57,750 nucleotides of DNA from Clostridia bacterium (GTDB lineage Bacteria > Bacillota > DUMD01). The stretch lies in assembly GCA_012840065.1 (NCBI GenBank), contig DUMD01000024.1:1-57750 (forward strand). Direction: 5' to 3'. The notes below the pieces were generated by a model, which searched no databases, was not told the origin of the DNA, and was given only the letters and a program-made list of their open reading frames with translations. The translations under genes were made by a program, and so were the position numbers. This document shows, in pieces, positions 29,753 to 39,834 of this stretch; position 1 is the first letter of the stretch, and every line of letters starts with the position of its first letter.

Positions 29753-30364
29753 GTGATTTTAGTGCAACCAAATACTCATGCACTCATGGCTCAAATTATT
29801 TATAGAATAGTCAATAATGATCACTCAAGTTTAGACCTAAATTATAAAAGTTTCCGGCACGGATGTATTAGGCCAGATTTTATACCTAAACCATTAAAAG
29901 TTCCGCACTATAAAAGAAAATCCTTTGAATATCTCCTTAGCAAAATAGAAAAAATCCAACAAGAATTTCTTCCTGATTCTGATAAAAACTTGAAAAGATT
30001 TTCTGTTAAACTAGGTATAATAACCCATTATTTAGCTGACTATTTTTGTCTTGCTCATAATGATCCTAAATACAATTTTTTTCCTCTCCACTTTGCTTAT
30101 GAGAAAAAATTATCTCAGCAATTTTCTCAACTAAATGAAACCAGTCTTAAAATAATTCAAGATAGATGCTTTTCAACAATTAATGAAAATAATGTAACCA
30201 GAGCAAACTGGCTAGGAGATTATATAAATAAAAAACACCAGGAATACCTGGATTGTCCCGAAACCTTATCCAAGGACACTATGTACAGCTTAGAAGTATG
30301 CCTGACAGCCATATTAGTAATTATCAAAAAAATTTTTTCTAACCTAGAAAAAGCAGCAGCCTAA
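29753..30364 (+). CDS. Zinc-dependent phospholipase C-like family protein (small, cytoplasmic type)
   Basis: His/Asp pattern NTHALMA..., HGCIRPD, HYLADYFCLAHND resembles Zn_dep_PLPC-fold proteins common in Clostridia; GTG start. Confidence 0.5.
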   Translation: MILVQPNTHALMAQIIYRIVNNDHSSLDLNYKSFRHGCIRPDFIPKPLKVPHYKRKSFEYLLSKIEKIQQEFLPDSDKNLKRFSVKLGIITHYLADYFCLAHNDPKYNFFPLHFAYEKKLSQQFSQLNETSLKIIQDRCFSTINENNVTRANWLGDYINKKHQEYLDCPETLSKDTMYSLEVCLTAILVIIKKIFSNLEKAAA

Positions 30365-30401
30365 ATTAAAGCAGGAACTGGCAGCCAGTTCCTGCTTTAA
30401 T
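30365..30401. terminator. Bidirectional intrinsic terminator between convergent genes
   Basis: ATTAAAGCAGGAACTGG-cag-CCAGTTCCTGCTTTAAT, a long perfect palindrome. Confidence 0.85.
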
Positions 30402-30414
30402 TTTGTAAGGTACC

Positions 30415-30627
30415 CTATTTAATTAAATCGTTAAACAATTTCTCTATTTCCTTTTTTCGAATTTCAGTCTCTTCTTTGTCAATGATAAAAATACCGTCTT
30501 CAAAAATCAATACATCCCCTTCTTGCACATTGGAAGGAAGTTCATTTCTTTTTAAATTTGTGGTCCGTCCATTTTCATCTTCACAGACAGCATAATCCCC
30601 TTCGAATCTATCCAGAATATATTTCAT
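30415..30627 (-). CDS. DUF3006 family protein
   Basis: MKYILDRFEGDYAVCEDENGRTTNLKRNELPSNVQEGDVLIFEDG... is the canonical DUF3006 pattern; 15 nt downstream of the GH3 gene. Confidence 0.75.
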   Translation of the reverse strand: MKYILDRFEGDYAVCEDENGRTTNLKRNELPSNVQEGDVLIFEDGIFIIDKEETEIRKKEIEKLFNDLIK

Positions 30628-30642
30628 AACACCAGTCCTTTC

Positions 30643-31890
30643 TTAATTTAAATATAAATCTAAAACAGTATTAATTTTGCTGTTTATTTTTTCTAGATCG
30701 ACAGATTTTATTTGCTTATCACTTAAATTATATTTTGATTTTAATTTTAAAATCCTAGTTACGCTCTCATCCACCCTTTCTTTTGAAATACTGCCTTCTT
30801 CAACAGCTTTTTTTAAAGCACCAATCACTGACAACTCATTATTGTAACCATGGCAAACCAAAATAATATCACTTCCCGCATTCACAGCTTTAACCGCCGC
30901 ATCTTCCAGGCTATAATTTTTAGTAATGGCTCCCATGGTGAGATCATCAGTAATCACAATTCCATCAAAATTCAATTCCTTTCTCAAAAGATCTGTAACT
31001 ATCCTTTTTGACAAAGAAGCTGGATTTTCTTTGTCTACTTTATTTAAAAGAATATGAGCAATCATTACCGCATCAGCTTGATTATTAATCGCATCTTTAA
31101 AAGGAATCAACTCAAAATTATGAAGCCTTTCTAAACTATGATTAAGGGAAGGTAAACCTATATGGGAATCAACCACCGTATCCCCATGCCCGGGGAAATG
31201 TTTTACCACCGGAATTACCACACCCGCTTGAATACCTTTCATAACCTGGATACCAAGCCGACTTACGATTCCCGGATCAGAACTAAAAGCCCTATCACCT
31301 ATCACAGGATTTTTAGGATTGCTGTCAATATCTAAAACTGGTGCAAAATTCAAATTAAAACCAAAAGACTTAATTTCTTCCGCTAAAATACCGCCAATCT
31401 GATAGGCAAACTCCTCATTATTCACTCTTCCAATCCTTTTATTTGTAGGAAGTTTTTTAAGTTGGTTAGGCATCCTACTAATCCTTCCTCCCTCTTCATC
31501 CACCGAAATAAAGAGAGGAACTTTGTTATTTGTATTCGCAGTCTTTAATGAATTAATCAGAGCAAGAAGTTGAACTGGATCTTTTATATTTCTACCAAAC
31601 AAAATTAAACCACCAACATGATGTTTTTCAATTAACTCTTTGATCTTATCATCAAGAGTATAACCTTCAAAACCGACTATAACCATTTGCCCAATTTTTT
31701 CTTCCAAAGTCATGTTATTAACCTGTTCTGTTATCGGATCAGGTTTTGTTGAAGGGAATTTTTCCTCTGCTTTCTCCTCCATACCCTGATTATTGTTTAG
31801 AGATTTATTCTGAAATCGAGTGCATCCAGTTAAAAAGACCATTAGGCTAGCCAGCAGCAACATTACAATGATTAAAGTTTTTGCCCTCAT
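30643..31890 (-). CDS. nagZ: Glycoside hydrolase family 3 beta-N-acetylhexosaminidase (NagZ-like) lipoprotein
   Basis: Lipobox LTGCT; GH3 motifs ...SVDEEGGRISR..., KHFPGHGDTVVDSH, ...IVITDDLTMGA.... Confidence 0.85.
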   Translation of the reverse strand: MRAKTLIIVMLLLASLMVFLTGCTRFQNKSLNNNQGMEEKAEEKFPSTKPDPITEQVNNMTLEEKIGQMVIVGFEGYTLDDKIKELIEKHHVGGLILFGRNIKDPVQLLALINSLKTANTNNKVPLFISVDEEGGRISRMPNQLKKLPTNKRIGRVNNEEFAYQIGGILAEEIKSFGFNLNFAPVLDIDSNPKNPVIGDRAFSSDPGIVSRLGIQVMKGIQAGVVIPVVKHFPGHGDTVVDSHIGLPSLNHSLERLHNFELIPFKDAINNQADAVMIAHILLNKVDKENPASLSKRIVTDLLRKELNFDGIVITDDLTMGAITKNYSLEDAAVKAVNAGSDIILVCHGYNNELSVIGALKKAVEEGSISKERVDESVTRILKLKSKYNLSDKQIKSVDLEKINSKINTVLDLYLN

Positions 31891-31975
31891 TTTTCAACCT
31901 CCAAGATTATGACAATTTTCTTTCTAGATGATTATAAGCCAATCTATCCATATTGTAACCTAAAATTAACTACTA

Positions 31976-32006
31976 TAAAAGAAATGCAGTAGGTATTACC
32001 TACTGC
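31976..32006 (-). terminator. Intrinsic terminator after the sigma/anti-sigma operon
   Basis: GCAGTAGG-tatta-CCTACTGC followed by a U-rich run on the minus strand. Confidence 0.6.
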
Positions 32007-32025
32007 CTGATCGAGATAATAATTT

Positions 32026-33696
32026 TTATTGTTTATCCACAGGGTCATAACCAACTACCGTCCATATTCCTGTACTATCTTGTCTAATCAGCCGTTTTAA
32101 GTAGACCCTTCTTATAGGAGTTTTATCCCCGCTTATCTCTACAATAGCCTCTTTACCGGTATTCTGAATAATTTGCAAATCTCCTTCTTTAATCGGATAC
32201 TCACCCTGAATACCGTCGGGGAAAATTTTTAAGCTGACAAAAACTTGAGCTACATAAGCCGGATCAAGTTTCCAGGGTGAATGGCCTCCATCCACGCTTT
32301 TTTGTTCATTTTCTTCTATTTCCAGATCAACCGAAACTTCAATTTCTGGTTTCTGCATTCCACCCTCTGCTGGAATTTGAACTTCTCCATCGGTAAAGCC
32401 TTTAACGAATAGAACTAATTCTTCTAAGGAAGCATTACCAACCACAGCATATTCAAATCCTCCCTCTTGCCAACGGATAGATTTTATATCTGTTACCCCT
32501 GCATATTCTCCCCCACCAGCAAGAATTCCTAAATTTCCTTCAATTGGAGATTGAATTTCAGCAATGTTATCATTTATCTTGCCTAAAACTGCCCTTGTTC
32601 CAGGCTCAAATTTGCTAACTGCTTTTCCCTGTAAAATAACAACTTTATTCTCTTTATCCTGGGATACATAATAAATTTTTATAATTTTTTGCTGGGTATC
32701 AACAGCTAACAAATCTCTTTCATATCCCGCCGGTACACTGGTAATCAACTTAGGAGTAAAACCAACAATTTCTCCAGCCTCTTCCAAGCTGGTTACTAAT
32801 TGTTCCGGATTCGTATCTACTTCCTCAAAACCAGTGGGTAAACTATACGCAATTAATTCAACTGGTACAGCATCGACAAAATCAATTTCCTTATAAGCTA
32901 CCCGATATTGAAGTCCATTCTGAATTCCACTTTGTTTCTGTAAAGGTAGATTAGTTCCTTGATCAATCCAAATTCGGTAAGGTACTCCTCCCGCAGGTGA
33001 TACCTCAAGAATAGAAGTTTTCCTTCCTGAAATTACTTCTTCTCCTATTATTTTAGTCTCCAAGGCATTCTTTACTTCCCTTATTTCTTTTCCTAATTCA
33101 AAAGTAAAACGGTGTGGATCAGGAAAAGCCGGGAAAATATATACTTGTCTTTCCCCTGGCCGTACTTGCCACTTCTTTTGACCGTTATTTACCGTAACTA
33201 AACCTGGGTTCAACCCTTCAATTTCTTTAAGATAATAACGTCCTTCCTTATCGGCCCATACTTCCAACTGTGCTTGTCTAGTTTTTTTTCCTTCGGCATT
33301 AATTTCCACAATTTCAAGAATGCCGTGATATGCCTTTACTTCCTGATAAGCTTCTTCCATAGCATGAACGATATTGTTTCTATTAAATAGCAAATTGAAA
33401 TTTAGCATAGCAGCTAGCATGATAACCGCGGCAGCTGCTGCCAATGTAGCAACCCATCTTTTTTTAGGCTTAGGAGCAGAGCCCTTTTCTTTGATTTGCT
33501 TATGCACAACCCGGACTAATCTCCGGTGGTAATCTTCATCTGGAAAAGTAGGTTCCTTTAAAGTTCGCACCATTCTTACTACAGCAAAAAGTTCTTCCAA
33601 TTCTGGTGAATCTGAAAAATCTTCATGTACATCAGGCTTCTTTTCTGCATTCAATTGGTCAATATAATCCGACAATTTATTTTCAATCCCATCCAT
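32026..33696 (-). CDS. Membrane anti-sigma factor with large extracytoplasmic region (LolA/RseB-like + DUF4367-like)
   Basis: Start MDGIENK at 33696 with RBS AAGGAGGTAAGAGG. Short cytoplasmic N-domain, one TM (WVATLAAAAAVIMLAAML) and ~430-aa outside domain; 13 nt after the sigma stop. Confidence 0.7.
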   Translation of the reverse strand: MDGIENKLSDYIDQLNAEKKPDVHEDFSDSPELEELFAVVRMVRTLKEPTFPDEDYHRRLVRVVHKQIKEKGSAPKPKKRWVATLAAAAAVIMLAAMLNFNLLFNRNNIVHAMEEAYQEVKAYHGILEIVEINAEGKKTRQAQLEVWADKEGRYYLKEIEGLNPGLVTVNNGQKKWQVRPGERQVYIFPAFPDPHRFTFELGKEIREVKNALETKIIGEEVISGRKTSILEVSPAGGVPYRIWIDQGTNLPLQKQSGIQNGLQYRVAYKEIDFVDAVPVELIAYSLPTGFEEVDTNPEQLVTSLEEAGEIVGFTPKLITSVPAGYERDLLAVDTQQKIIKIYYVSQDKENKVVILQGKAVSKFEPGTRAVLGKINDNIAEIQSPIEGNLGILAGGGEYAGVTDIKSIRWQEGGFEYAVVGNASLEELVLFVKGFTDGEVQIPAEGGMQKPEIEVSVDLEIEENEQKSVDGGHSPWKLDPAYVAQVFVSLKIFPDGIQGEYPIKEGDLQIIQNTGKEAIVEISGDKTPIRRVYLKRLIRQDSTGIWTVVGYDPVDKQ

Positions 33697-33709
33697 TCCT
33701 CTTACCTCC

Positions 33710-34246
33710 TTAAACAATTTTATCTTTAAGAATTGCAGCAAGTTTTTGTAATGCTCGATATTGCAGCACCCGAATGCTGCTCTCATTTTTTTTCATCATT
33801 ATTGCAGTTTCAGCTACTGAATACCCTTTTAAAATCCTAAGTTCAACTACTCTTTTCTGTTCTTCATTAAGTTTATCCAGTGCATTTCGAACCAGAGTTT
33901 GCAATATGGTAATTTCTGTACTATCTTCAATTGCCATTTTTTCCGGATTTATTGTTTCCAAATTGACGCTCACCCCCCGGCGTTTATTTCGGCGCCACCT
34001 ATCCCTCAAAATATTTAAAGAAACGGTTTTTAGAAAACTATCATATTTATCAACTTTTATCTTATTTCTTTGGAAATAAGAGATGGCTTTAACATAGGTT
34101 TCTTGCGTAATGTCTTCCGCTTCTTCCCGGTTTTGAACTCTAAAATAAACAAAGCGATACACCGATTCCCATGTAGAAGAACATATCTCTTCTATTATTT
34201 TTAAATCACCATCTTGTGCTCTTTTTATCTTTTCCTTGTCAAACAT
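33710..34246 (-). CDS. ECF-type RNA polymerase sigma-70 family factor
   Basis: 178 aa; region 2 (EEAEDITQETYVKA) and region 4 HTH (GYSVAETAIMMKKNESSIRVLQYRALQKL). Confidence 0.88.
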   Translation of the reverse strand: MFDKEKIKRAQDGDLKIIEEICSSTWESVYRFVYFRVQNREEAEDITQETYVKAISYFQRNKIKVDKYDSFLKTVSLNILRDRWRRNKRRGVSVNLETINPEKMAIEDSTEITILQTLVRNALDKLNEEQKRVVELRILKGYSVAETAIMMKKNESSIRVLQYRALQKLAAILKDKIV

Positions 34247-34328
34247 GTTCGCTCTGCTCCTTTTTTCTGGCCAGAATGTTTAAATAACATCTTCACTAAT
34301 AAGGACGTTTTTAATCTTCTAATCGTTA

Positions 34329-34368
34329 CAAAAAAAACAGCCCTTAGGATAATAGATTATCCCTTGGG
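34329..34368 (-). terminator. Intrinsic terminator after the MBL lipoprotein gene
   Basis: Imperfect hairpin CCCAAGGGATAAT...ATTATCCTAAGGG followed by CTGTTTTTTTT on the minus strand. Confidence 0.6.
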
Positions 34369-34404
34369 CGTAAATTTCATAAAAAATTTTTTTTGGTTAA
34401 TAAT

Positions 34405-35319
34405 TCACTCTCTTTCTTTTAAATAACTCCCCGGTTCAACATTGAAAGAAATATTTTTGCCATCGGAGGAACAAACTATGGTTCCAGATTCGTCTGTTCT
34501 GTAAACCTTAATCCCTTTATTTTTTAATCTATTCATTGTCTCCCTATGAGGATGTCCATAACTATTTCCTTTCCCACACATTATAACCGCATATTGGGGA
34601 TTAACTTTGTTCAAAAAATCTTCTGTCGTAGAAAAACTACTCCCATGGTGACCTATTTTCAAAACATCAGCAGTTAGATCATATCCCTTTTTAAGCATCT
34701 CTGTCTCAGACTCCTTTTCTGCATCCCCAGTAAATAAAAAGACAGTATCGCCATATTCCACCTTTATAACAATAGAATAATTATTTAAATCCTCATAACT
34801 ATCACTATTAGGAGCAAGAATCGTACATGCTCCTTCTCCTAAGTTAAAAGTTGTACCAGGCATAGGAAGAGTAATTTTCAAATCTTTTTTTCGAATTGCT
34901 TCAACTACATCGAAAAATGTTTTTGTTGTATGGGGCACATTGGGCAGATAAACCTGGCCAATTGCAAAATTGTCAATTACAGCATCAAGCCCTCCAATAT
35001 GATCCTCATGAGGATGGGTGCCTATCACATAGTCTAACTTTGAAATACCCTGTTCTTTTAAATAATCTACAACCAATTTTTCATCATCATTGTTACCGGC
35101 ATCTATTAACATAGATTGAGAACCATTCATGATAAGTATACTATCTGCTTGACCAACATCAATAAAATGAACTTTTAATTCGGATGAAGCAGTCTGTGAA
35201 TCCTTTTCAGTAGGCACATGAACAGAAATTCCACAACCTGCTAAAAAAGTAAAAAATAAAGCCAATAAAATTACTATTACTGCAAAATTATTTCGGATTT
35301 TTTGTTTCAAATTTTCCAT
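34405..35319 (-). CDS. Metallo-beta-lactamase fold lipoprotein (ComEC C-terminal-domain-like)
   Basis: Lipobox LAGCG; HFIDVGQADS; GTHPHEDHIGG (HxHxDH); KIGHHGS. Confidence 0.85.
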   Translation of the reverse strand: MENLKQKIRNNFAVIVILLALFFTFLAGCGISVHVPTEKDSQTASSELKVHFIDVGQADSILIMNGSQSMLIDAGNNDDEKLVVDYLKEQGISKLDYVIGTHPHEDHIGGLDAVIDNFAIGQVYLPNVPHTTKTFFDVVEAIRKKDLKITLPMPGTTFNLGEGACTILAPNSDSYEDLNNYSIVIKVEYGDTVFLFTGDAEKESETEMLKKGYDLTADVLKIGHHGSSFSTTEDFLNKVNPQYAVIMCGKGNSYGHPHRETMNRLKNKGIKVYRTDESGTIVCSSDGKNISFNVEPGSYLKERE

Positions 35320-35475
35320 CTCCTTTTTTCGCTAATTCTCTTAGTCAACATCATTTGCAGCTGAAACCATTATAACAAAAATCAGAAATAAAGACATCAC
35401 TACTAAATACTCTTTTAAAGGAAAAGGAAAATTTATGGAGAATTATAGGAAAAAATCAAATTAAGGAGAGAAAAA

Positions 35476-37014
35476 ATGTTAGCGAAGGTTTTAAGTTCCA
35501 CTCTCAGCGGTTTAAAAGGCAAAATAATTGAAGTTGAAGTTGACATTTCAAGCGGGCTACCCGCCTTTGATTTAGTTGGTCTACCCGATAATGCCGTTCG
35601 GGAAGCTAAGGAAAGGGTTAGAGCTGCCATTCGCAACTCCGGTTTCGATTTTCCTATGAAAAGAATAACTGTTAATTTAGCACCAGCTAATACAAGAAAA
35701 GAAGGTTCAGGATTTGATTTAGCCATTGCTTTAGGTATCCTCATTGCCAGTAAACAACTAGAAAGCAAACTAGAATATCCTGACTTTATTTTTCTTGGAG
35801 AACTTTCTTTAGATGGAACATTACGACCTATTCATGGGATATTACCTATAGTAACCGAACTGGTTGATCAGGGAATAAAAAATATTGTTCTCCCTGCAGG
35901 CAATGCACGGGAAGGAGCACTAATTAAAGAAGCCAAAATTTATCCAGTTTCCGAGCTTAAAGAAATAGTTGGCTTTTTGCAGGGGGAATTTGGGATTACA
36001 CCTTTTATCTATGATCTAGACGAGATTATGAAAACTTACGAAGAAAAACAGGATTTGGATTTTTCCGAAATCAGAGGCCAGAGTCAAGTAAAAAGAGCAG
36101 TAGAGGTAGCTGCTGCTGGAGGTCATAACTTAATCATGATCGGTCCACCAGGCTCAGGAAAGACAATGATTGCACAAAGAATACCAACTATCCTTCCTCC
36201 CCTAACCTATTCCGAAGCTATTGAGGTCACCAAAATCTACAGCATAGCTGGTATGCTACCAGAAAATACTAGCATTATTTTATCTCGGCCATTTAGGACC
36301 CCTCATTACACAATATCAACATCGGGGTTAGTAGGAGGAGGAAAGAATCCAAAACCGGGAGAAATAAGTCTTGCACACAAAGGAGTCTTATTTTTAGATG
36401 AACTACCAGAATTTCATCGTGACGCTTTGGAAGTACTTAGACAACCATTAGAAGACAATCAGGTCACCATAGCCAGAGTAGGAGGAAAAGTAACTTATCC
36501 GGCTGACTTTATGTTTATTAGCAGCATGAATCCTTGTCCCTGCGGTTTTTTGGGAGATCCAAATAACCAATGTAATTGCAGCCCTTATCAAATTCAAAAA
36601 TATATGAACAAAATATCTGGTCCCCTATGGGATAGAATTGATATTCATATAGAAGTAGGAAGGTTGGAATATAAGGATCTTAGCAGTAAGATTGAAGGAG
36701 AAAAATCAGCTGAGATAAAAAAAAGAGTGGTTAAAGCCCGCGAAATTCAAAAAAATAGATTTAAAAAGAGTAAAATCCTAACCAATTCTCAAATGACAGT
36801 CAAGCAAATCAACAAATACTGTCAATTGACTCCCGAGGGAGAAAAACTTTTAAAAGATGCCTATGCCAAACTTAACTTAAGTGCCCGGGGATATAATAAA
36901 ATTTTAAAAGTTGCCCGCACTATTGCTGACTTAGCCGATTCCGAAATAATTGAACCTACCCATTTAGCTGAAGCTATTCAATATAGAAGCTTAGATCGCA
37001 AATATCAATTCTAA
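35476..37014 (+). CDS. comM: Mg-chelatase-like AAA+ protein YifB/ComM
   Basis: Lon-protease-like N-domain (GLPAFDLVGLPDNAVREAKERVRAAI), Walker A GPPGSGKTM, FLDELPEF, C-terminal Mg_chelatase_C. Confidence 0.93.
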   Translation: MLAKVLSSTLSGLKGKIIEVEVDISSGLPAFDLVGLPDNAVREAKERVRAAIRNSGFDFPMKRITVNLAPANTRKEGSGFDLAIALGILIASKQLESKLEYPDFIFLGELSLDGTLRPIHGILPIVTELVDQGIKNIVLPAGNAREGALIKEAKIYPVSELKEIVGFLQGEFGITPFIYDLDEIMKTYEEKQDLDFSEIRGQSQVKRAVEVAAAGGHNLIMIGPPGSGKTMIAQRIPTILPPLTYSEAIEVTKIYSIAGMLPENTSIILSRPFRTPHYTISTSGLVGGGKNPKPGEISLAHKGVLFLDELPEFHRDALEVLRQPLEDNQVTIARVGGKVTYPADFMFISSMNPCPCGFLGDPNNQCNCSPYQIQKYMNKISGPLWDRIDIHIEVGRLEYKDLSSKIEGEKSAEIKKRVVKAREIQKNRFKKSKILTNSQMTVKQINKYCQLTPEGEKLLKDAYAKLNLSARGYNKILKVARTIADLADSEIIEPTHLAEAIQYRSLDRKYQF

Positions 37015-37035
37015 AATCGCTTTAAAATTGTAAAC

Positions 37036-37061
37036 GGCAGACAGCTTTTCTACTGTCTGCC
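37036..37061. terminator. Hairpin between convergent comM and livG (probable terminator)
   Basis: GGCAGACAG-cttttcta-CTGTCTGCC; flanking T runs are weak. Confidence 0.5.
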
Positions 37062-37210
37062 AGATTATTAAGAAAACATATACCCTTATATTACTAACGA
37101 ATTTAATTTGTTTTCTTAATATTAACTTTCTCCATATTACCTTCTTCAATGGTGGATACAACAGGGTAAAATGTTTTCGGAGAATTCTAGCCCAAAAACA
37201 TTAAGACTTT

Positions 37211-37972
37211 TTAATCAGGGTCACCCAAATATGCCTTAATTACGCGACTGTTTTCTCTTATTTCCTTAGGAGTGCCATCAGCAATTTTCTTTCCGTAATC
37301 AAGAACAACTATTCGATCACAAATTCCCATTACTAGTTTCATGTCATGCTCAATGAGCAAAATTGTTTTGCCCATCTGCCTAATTTGTTTAATCAAATCA
37401 ATTAAATCATTAGTTTCCTGCGGATTCATACCAGCTGCAGGTTCATCCAATAGTAATAGCTCAGGATCAGTAGCCAATGCACGAGCGATCTCCAATCTTC
37501 TCTGTTCCCCATAGGGAAGATTTTTTGCTTTTTCGTTTTTCTTTTCTAATAACCCTACAAATTTAAGAAGTTCTTCCGCTTTTTCTCTCGCATTTTCTTC
37601 TTCTTTCTTTACACTGCCCAATCTAGTTATCGCACCGAATAATCCAGTTTTTGTGCGACAGTGCTGACCTATAAGAACATTTTCCAAAACAGTCATAGCA
37701 CCGAACAATCTAATGTTTTGAAATGTTCTTGCAATACCTTTTTTAGTAACTTCATAGGTCTTATATCCTCTCAAATTTTCGCCCTTAAACAAAATCTCCC
37801 CAGATGTCGGTTGATAAATACCTGTCAAAAGATTAAAACAGGTTGTTTTTCCGGCTCCATTGGGACCAATAAGACCCAGAATTTCACCTTGTTCAATATT
37901 AAAACTGACACTGTCTACAGCCATTAACCCCCCAAAGGTCATCGTTAATTTTTTTGCTTCAAGAAGAGCCAT
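37211..37972 (-). CDS. livG: Branched-chain amino acid ABC transporter ATP-binding protein LivG
   Basis: Walker A GPNGAGKTT, signature LPYGEQRRLEIARAL, Walker B LLLLDEPAAG, LivG-type insert. Confidence 0.93.
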   Translation of the reverse strand: MALLEAKKLTMTFGGLMAVDSVSFNIEQGEILGLIGPNGAGKTTCFNLLTGIYQPTSGEILFKGENLRGYKTYEVTKKGIARTFQNIRLFGAMTVLENVLIGQHCRTKTGLFGAITRLGSVKKEEENAREKAEELLKFVGLLEKKNEKAKNLPYGEQRRLEIARALATDPELLLLDEPAAGMNPQETNDLIDLIKQIRQMGKTILLIEHDMKLVMGICDRIVVLDYGKKIADGTPKEIRENSRVIKAYLGDPD

Positions 37973-38012
37973 TCTAAAATCACCTTTTCCCCTTTTTTTG
38001 GATACCTTCGTT

Positions 38013-38858
38013 CTAAGAATTCTTATTTAAAAGTTTTTCTAACTTACGTTGAATAGGTATTTTTACATCAACATCTCCTAAGATGCCTTCAGGTCTTACA
38101 ATCATCATTACAACCAAAAGAATTCCATAAATTAATTGCCGGTAGGCAGAAATAGATCTTAAAAGTTCCGGTGCAGCTGTCAATACTGCTGCTCCCACTA
38201 TTGAACCTGATATTTTCCCCATCCCGCCTAAAACAACCATGGAAAGAATTTCTATTGAACGCGAAAAACCAAAACTATTGGGATTTATATAACGATAAAA
38301 ATGAGCAAATAAACCACCAGCAATCCCTGCAAAAAAAGCAGCTACAGCAAAAGCTAAAACTTTATATTTTGCTGTATCTATCCCCATTGCTTCAGCGGCA
38401 ACTTCATCTTCTCTAATCGCAATAAAAGACCTTCCTACTCTGGATTTCATAATCCTATAGATAATAAAAATCGTTATAACCACTGCAACTGAAACAACCC
38501 AAATATTAGTCTCCTGTCTTATACCTCTTAAACCAACTGTTCCTCCGGTTATCTTTAAATTCAATTCAATTATTTTAAGGATTTCACCAAAACCAAGAGT
38601 CGCTATGGCTAAATAATCACCCTTTAACCTTAAAGTGGGAATACCTATAATAACCCCAAAAATAGCAGCTAGGATTCCTCCCAGCAAAAGAGCCGGTAAA
38701 AAAGGAATGCTTGCTTTAAGGGTTAAAATGGCAGAAGTATAAGCTCCTATTCCCATGAAAGCAGCGTGTCCAAGGGATAATTGTCCGGTAAAGCCAGTGA
38801 CTAGGTTCAAACTGATAGCTAAAATGATATTAATAAAAACTAAAACCAGTACTTGCAA
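38013..38858 (-). CDS. livM: Branched-chain amino acid ABC permease LivM (set 1)
   Basis: NLVTGFTGQLSLGHAAFMGIGAYT motif; 8-9 TM; follows livH. The start is non-ATG and uncertain. Confidence 0.9.
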   Translation of the reverse strand: MQVLVLVFINIILAISLNLVTGFTGQLSLGHAAFMGIGAYTSAILTLKASIPFLPALLLGGILAAIFGVIIGIPTLRLKGDYLAIATLGFGEILKIIELNLKITGGTVGLRGIRQETNIWVVSVAVVITIFIIYRIMKSRVGRSFIAIREDEVAAEAMGIDTAKYKVLAFAVAAFFAGIAGGLFAHFYRYINPNSFGFSRSIEILSMVVLGGMGKISGSIVGAAVLTAAPELLRSISAYRQLIYGILLVVMMIVRPEGILGDVDVKIPIQRKLEKLLNKNS

Positions 38859-38883
38859 ATGATACGCGCTAATGGCTAATCAC

Positions 38884-39756
38884 CTACACTTTCTCGCGGA
38901 CATTAACGCCCATAATACCTGATGGTTTAACTAATAAAATAATGATCAAAACAGCAAATGCAATCGCATCTCTATAGGCTGAAGATATATAAGCAGCACC
39001 TAAAGTTTCGATTACACCTAAAATTACACCACCGAGCATAGCTCCCGGAATGTTACCAATTCCCCCTAATACAGCAGCAACAAAGCCTTTTAAACCAGGC
39101 ATCGACCCCATTAAGGGTGAAACTGAATTAAAATATAAACCAATAAGTACACCAGCTGCAGCACCTAATGCAGAACCAATAGCAAAAGTTATAGTAATGA
39201 TCCTATTTACATTAATTCCCATTAAATATGCTGCATCTTTATCCAACGCTGTAGCCCTCATTGCTTTACCAACTTTTGTGTTTTTAACAAGCAAATGTAA
39301 AGCTACCATTAAAATTATAGAAACTATTAAAATTATAATCTGTAAAATATCTATTTTTATAGCCCCTAAATTAACATAATAAGAACGAATACTTCGTGGG
39401 AAAGGACGAGTTGCAGGCCCCATAATAAGTATTCCTAAATTTTGCAGAAAGATAGAAACACCTATTGCACTAATTAAAGCCGTAATCCTGGTTGATTTCC
39501 GCAGTGGTCGATAAGCAATCATCTCAATGCCCATCCCCAGAAGCGACGAAAGTAGCATTGATATTATAAATGCCGGGATAATGGACAAGCGAAAGGTAGT
39601 TACCATGATCATACCTACAAATGCGCCAAACATATAAATTTCCCCATGGGCAAAATTTATTAGTTTTAAGACTCCATACACCATTGTATAACCTAAAGCT
39701 ATTAGTGCATAGGTACTACCTAAGGTTATTCCGTTAATTAATTGTTGAAAAAACAT
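38884..39756 (-). CDS. livH: Branched-chain amino acid ABC permease LivH (set 1)
   Basis: MFFQQLINGITLGSTYALIALGYTMVYG...NFAHGE hallmark N-terminus. Confidence 0.93.
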   Translation of the reverse strand: MFFQQLINGITLGSTYALIALGYTMVYGVLKLINFAHGEIYMFGAFVGMIMVTTFRLSIIPAFIISMLLSSLLGMGIEMIAYRPLRKSTRITALISAIGVSIFLQNLGILIMGPATRPFPRSIRSYYVNLGAIKIDILQIIILIVSIILMVALHLLVKNTKVGKAMRATALDKDAAYLMGINVNRIITITFAIGSALGAAAGVLIGLYFNSVSPLMGSMPGLKGFVAAVLGGIGNIPGAMLGGVILGVIETLGAAYISSAYRDAIAFAVLIIILLVKPSGIMGVNVREKV

Positions 39757-39834
39757 GAACCAGCACTCCTATTCCACCAAAACTCGATAGTAAGTGGGCA
39801 AAAAGTTTTTGCCCACTTTCTACCTTTAGCTAAA

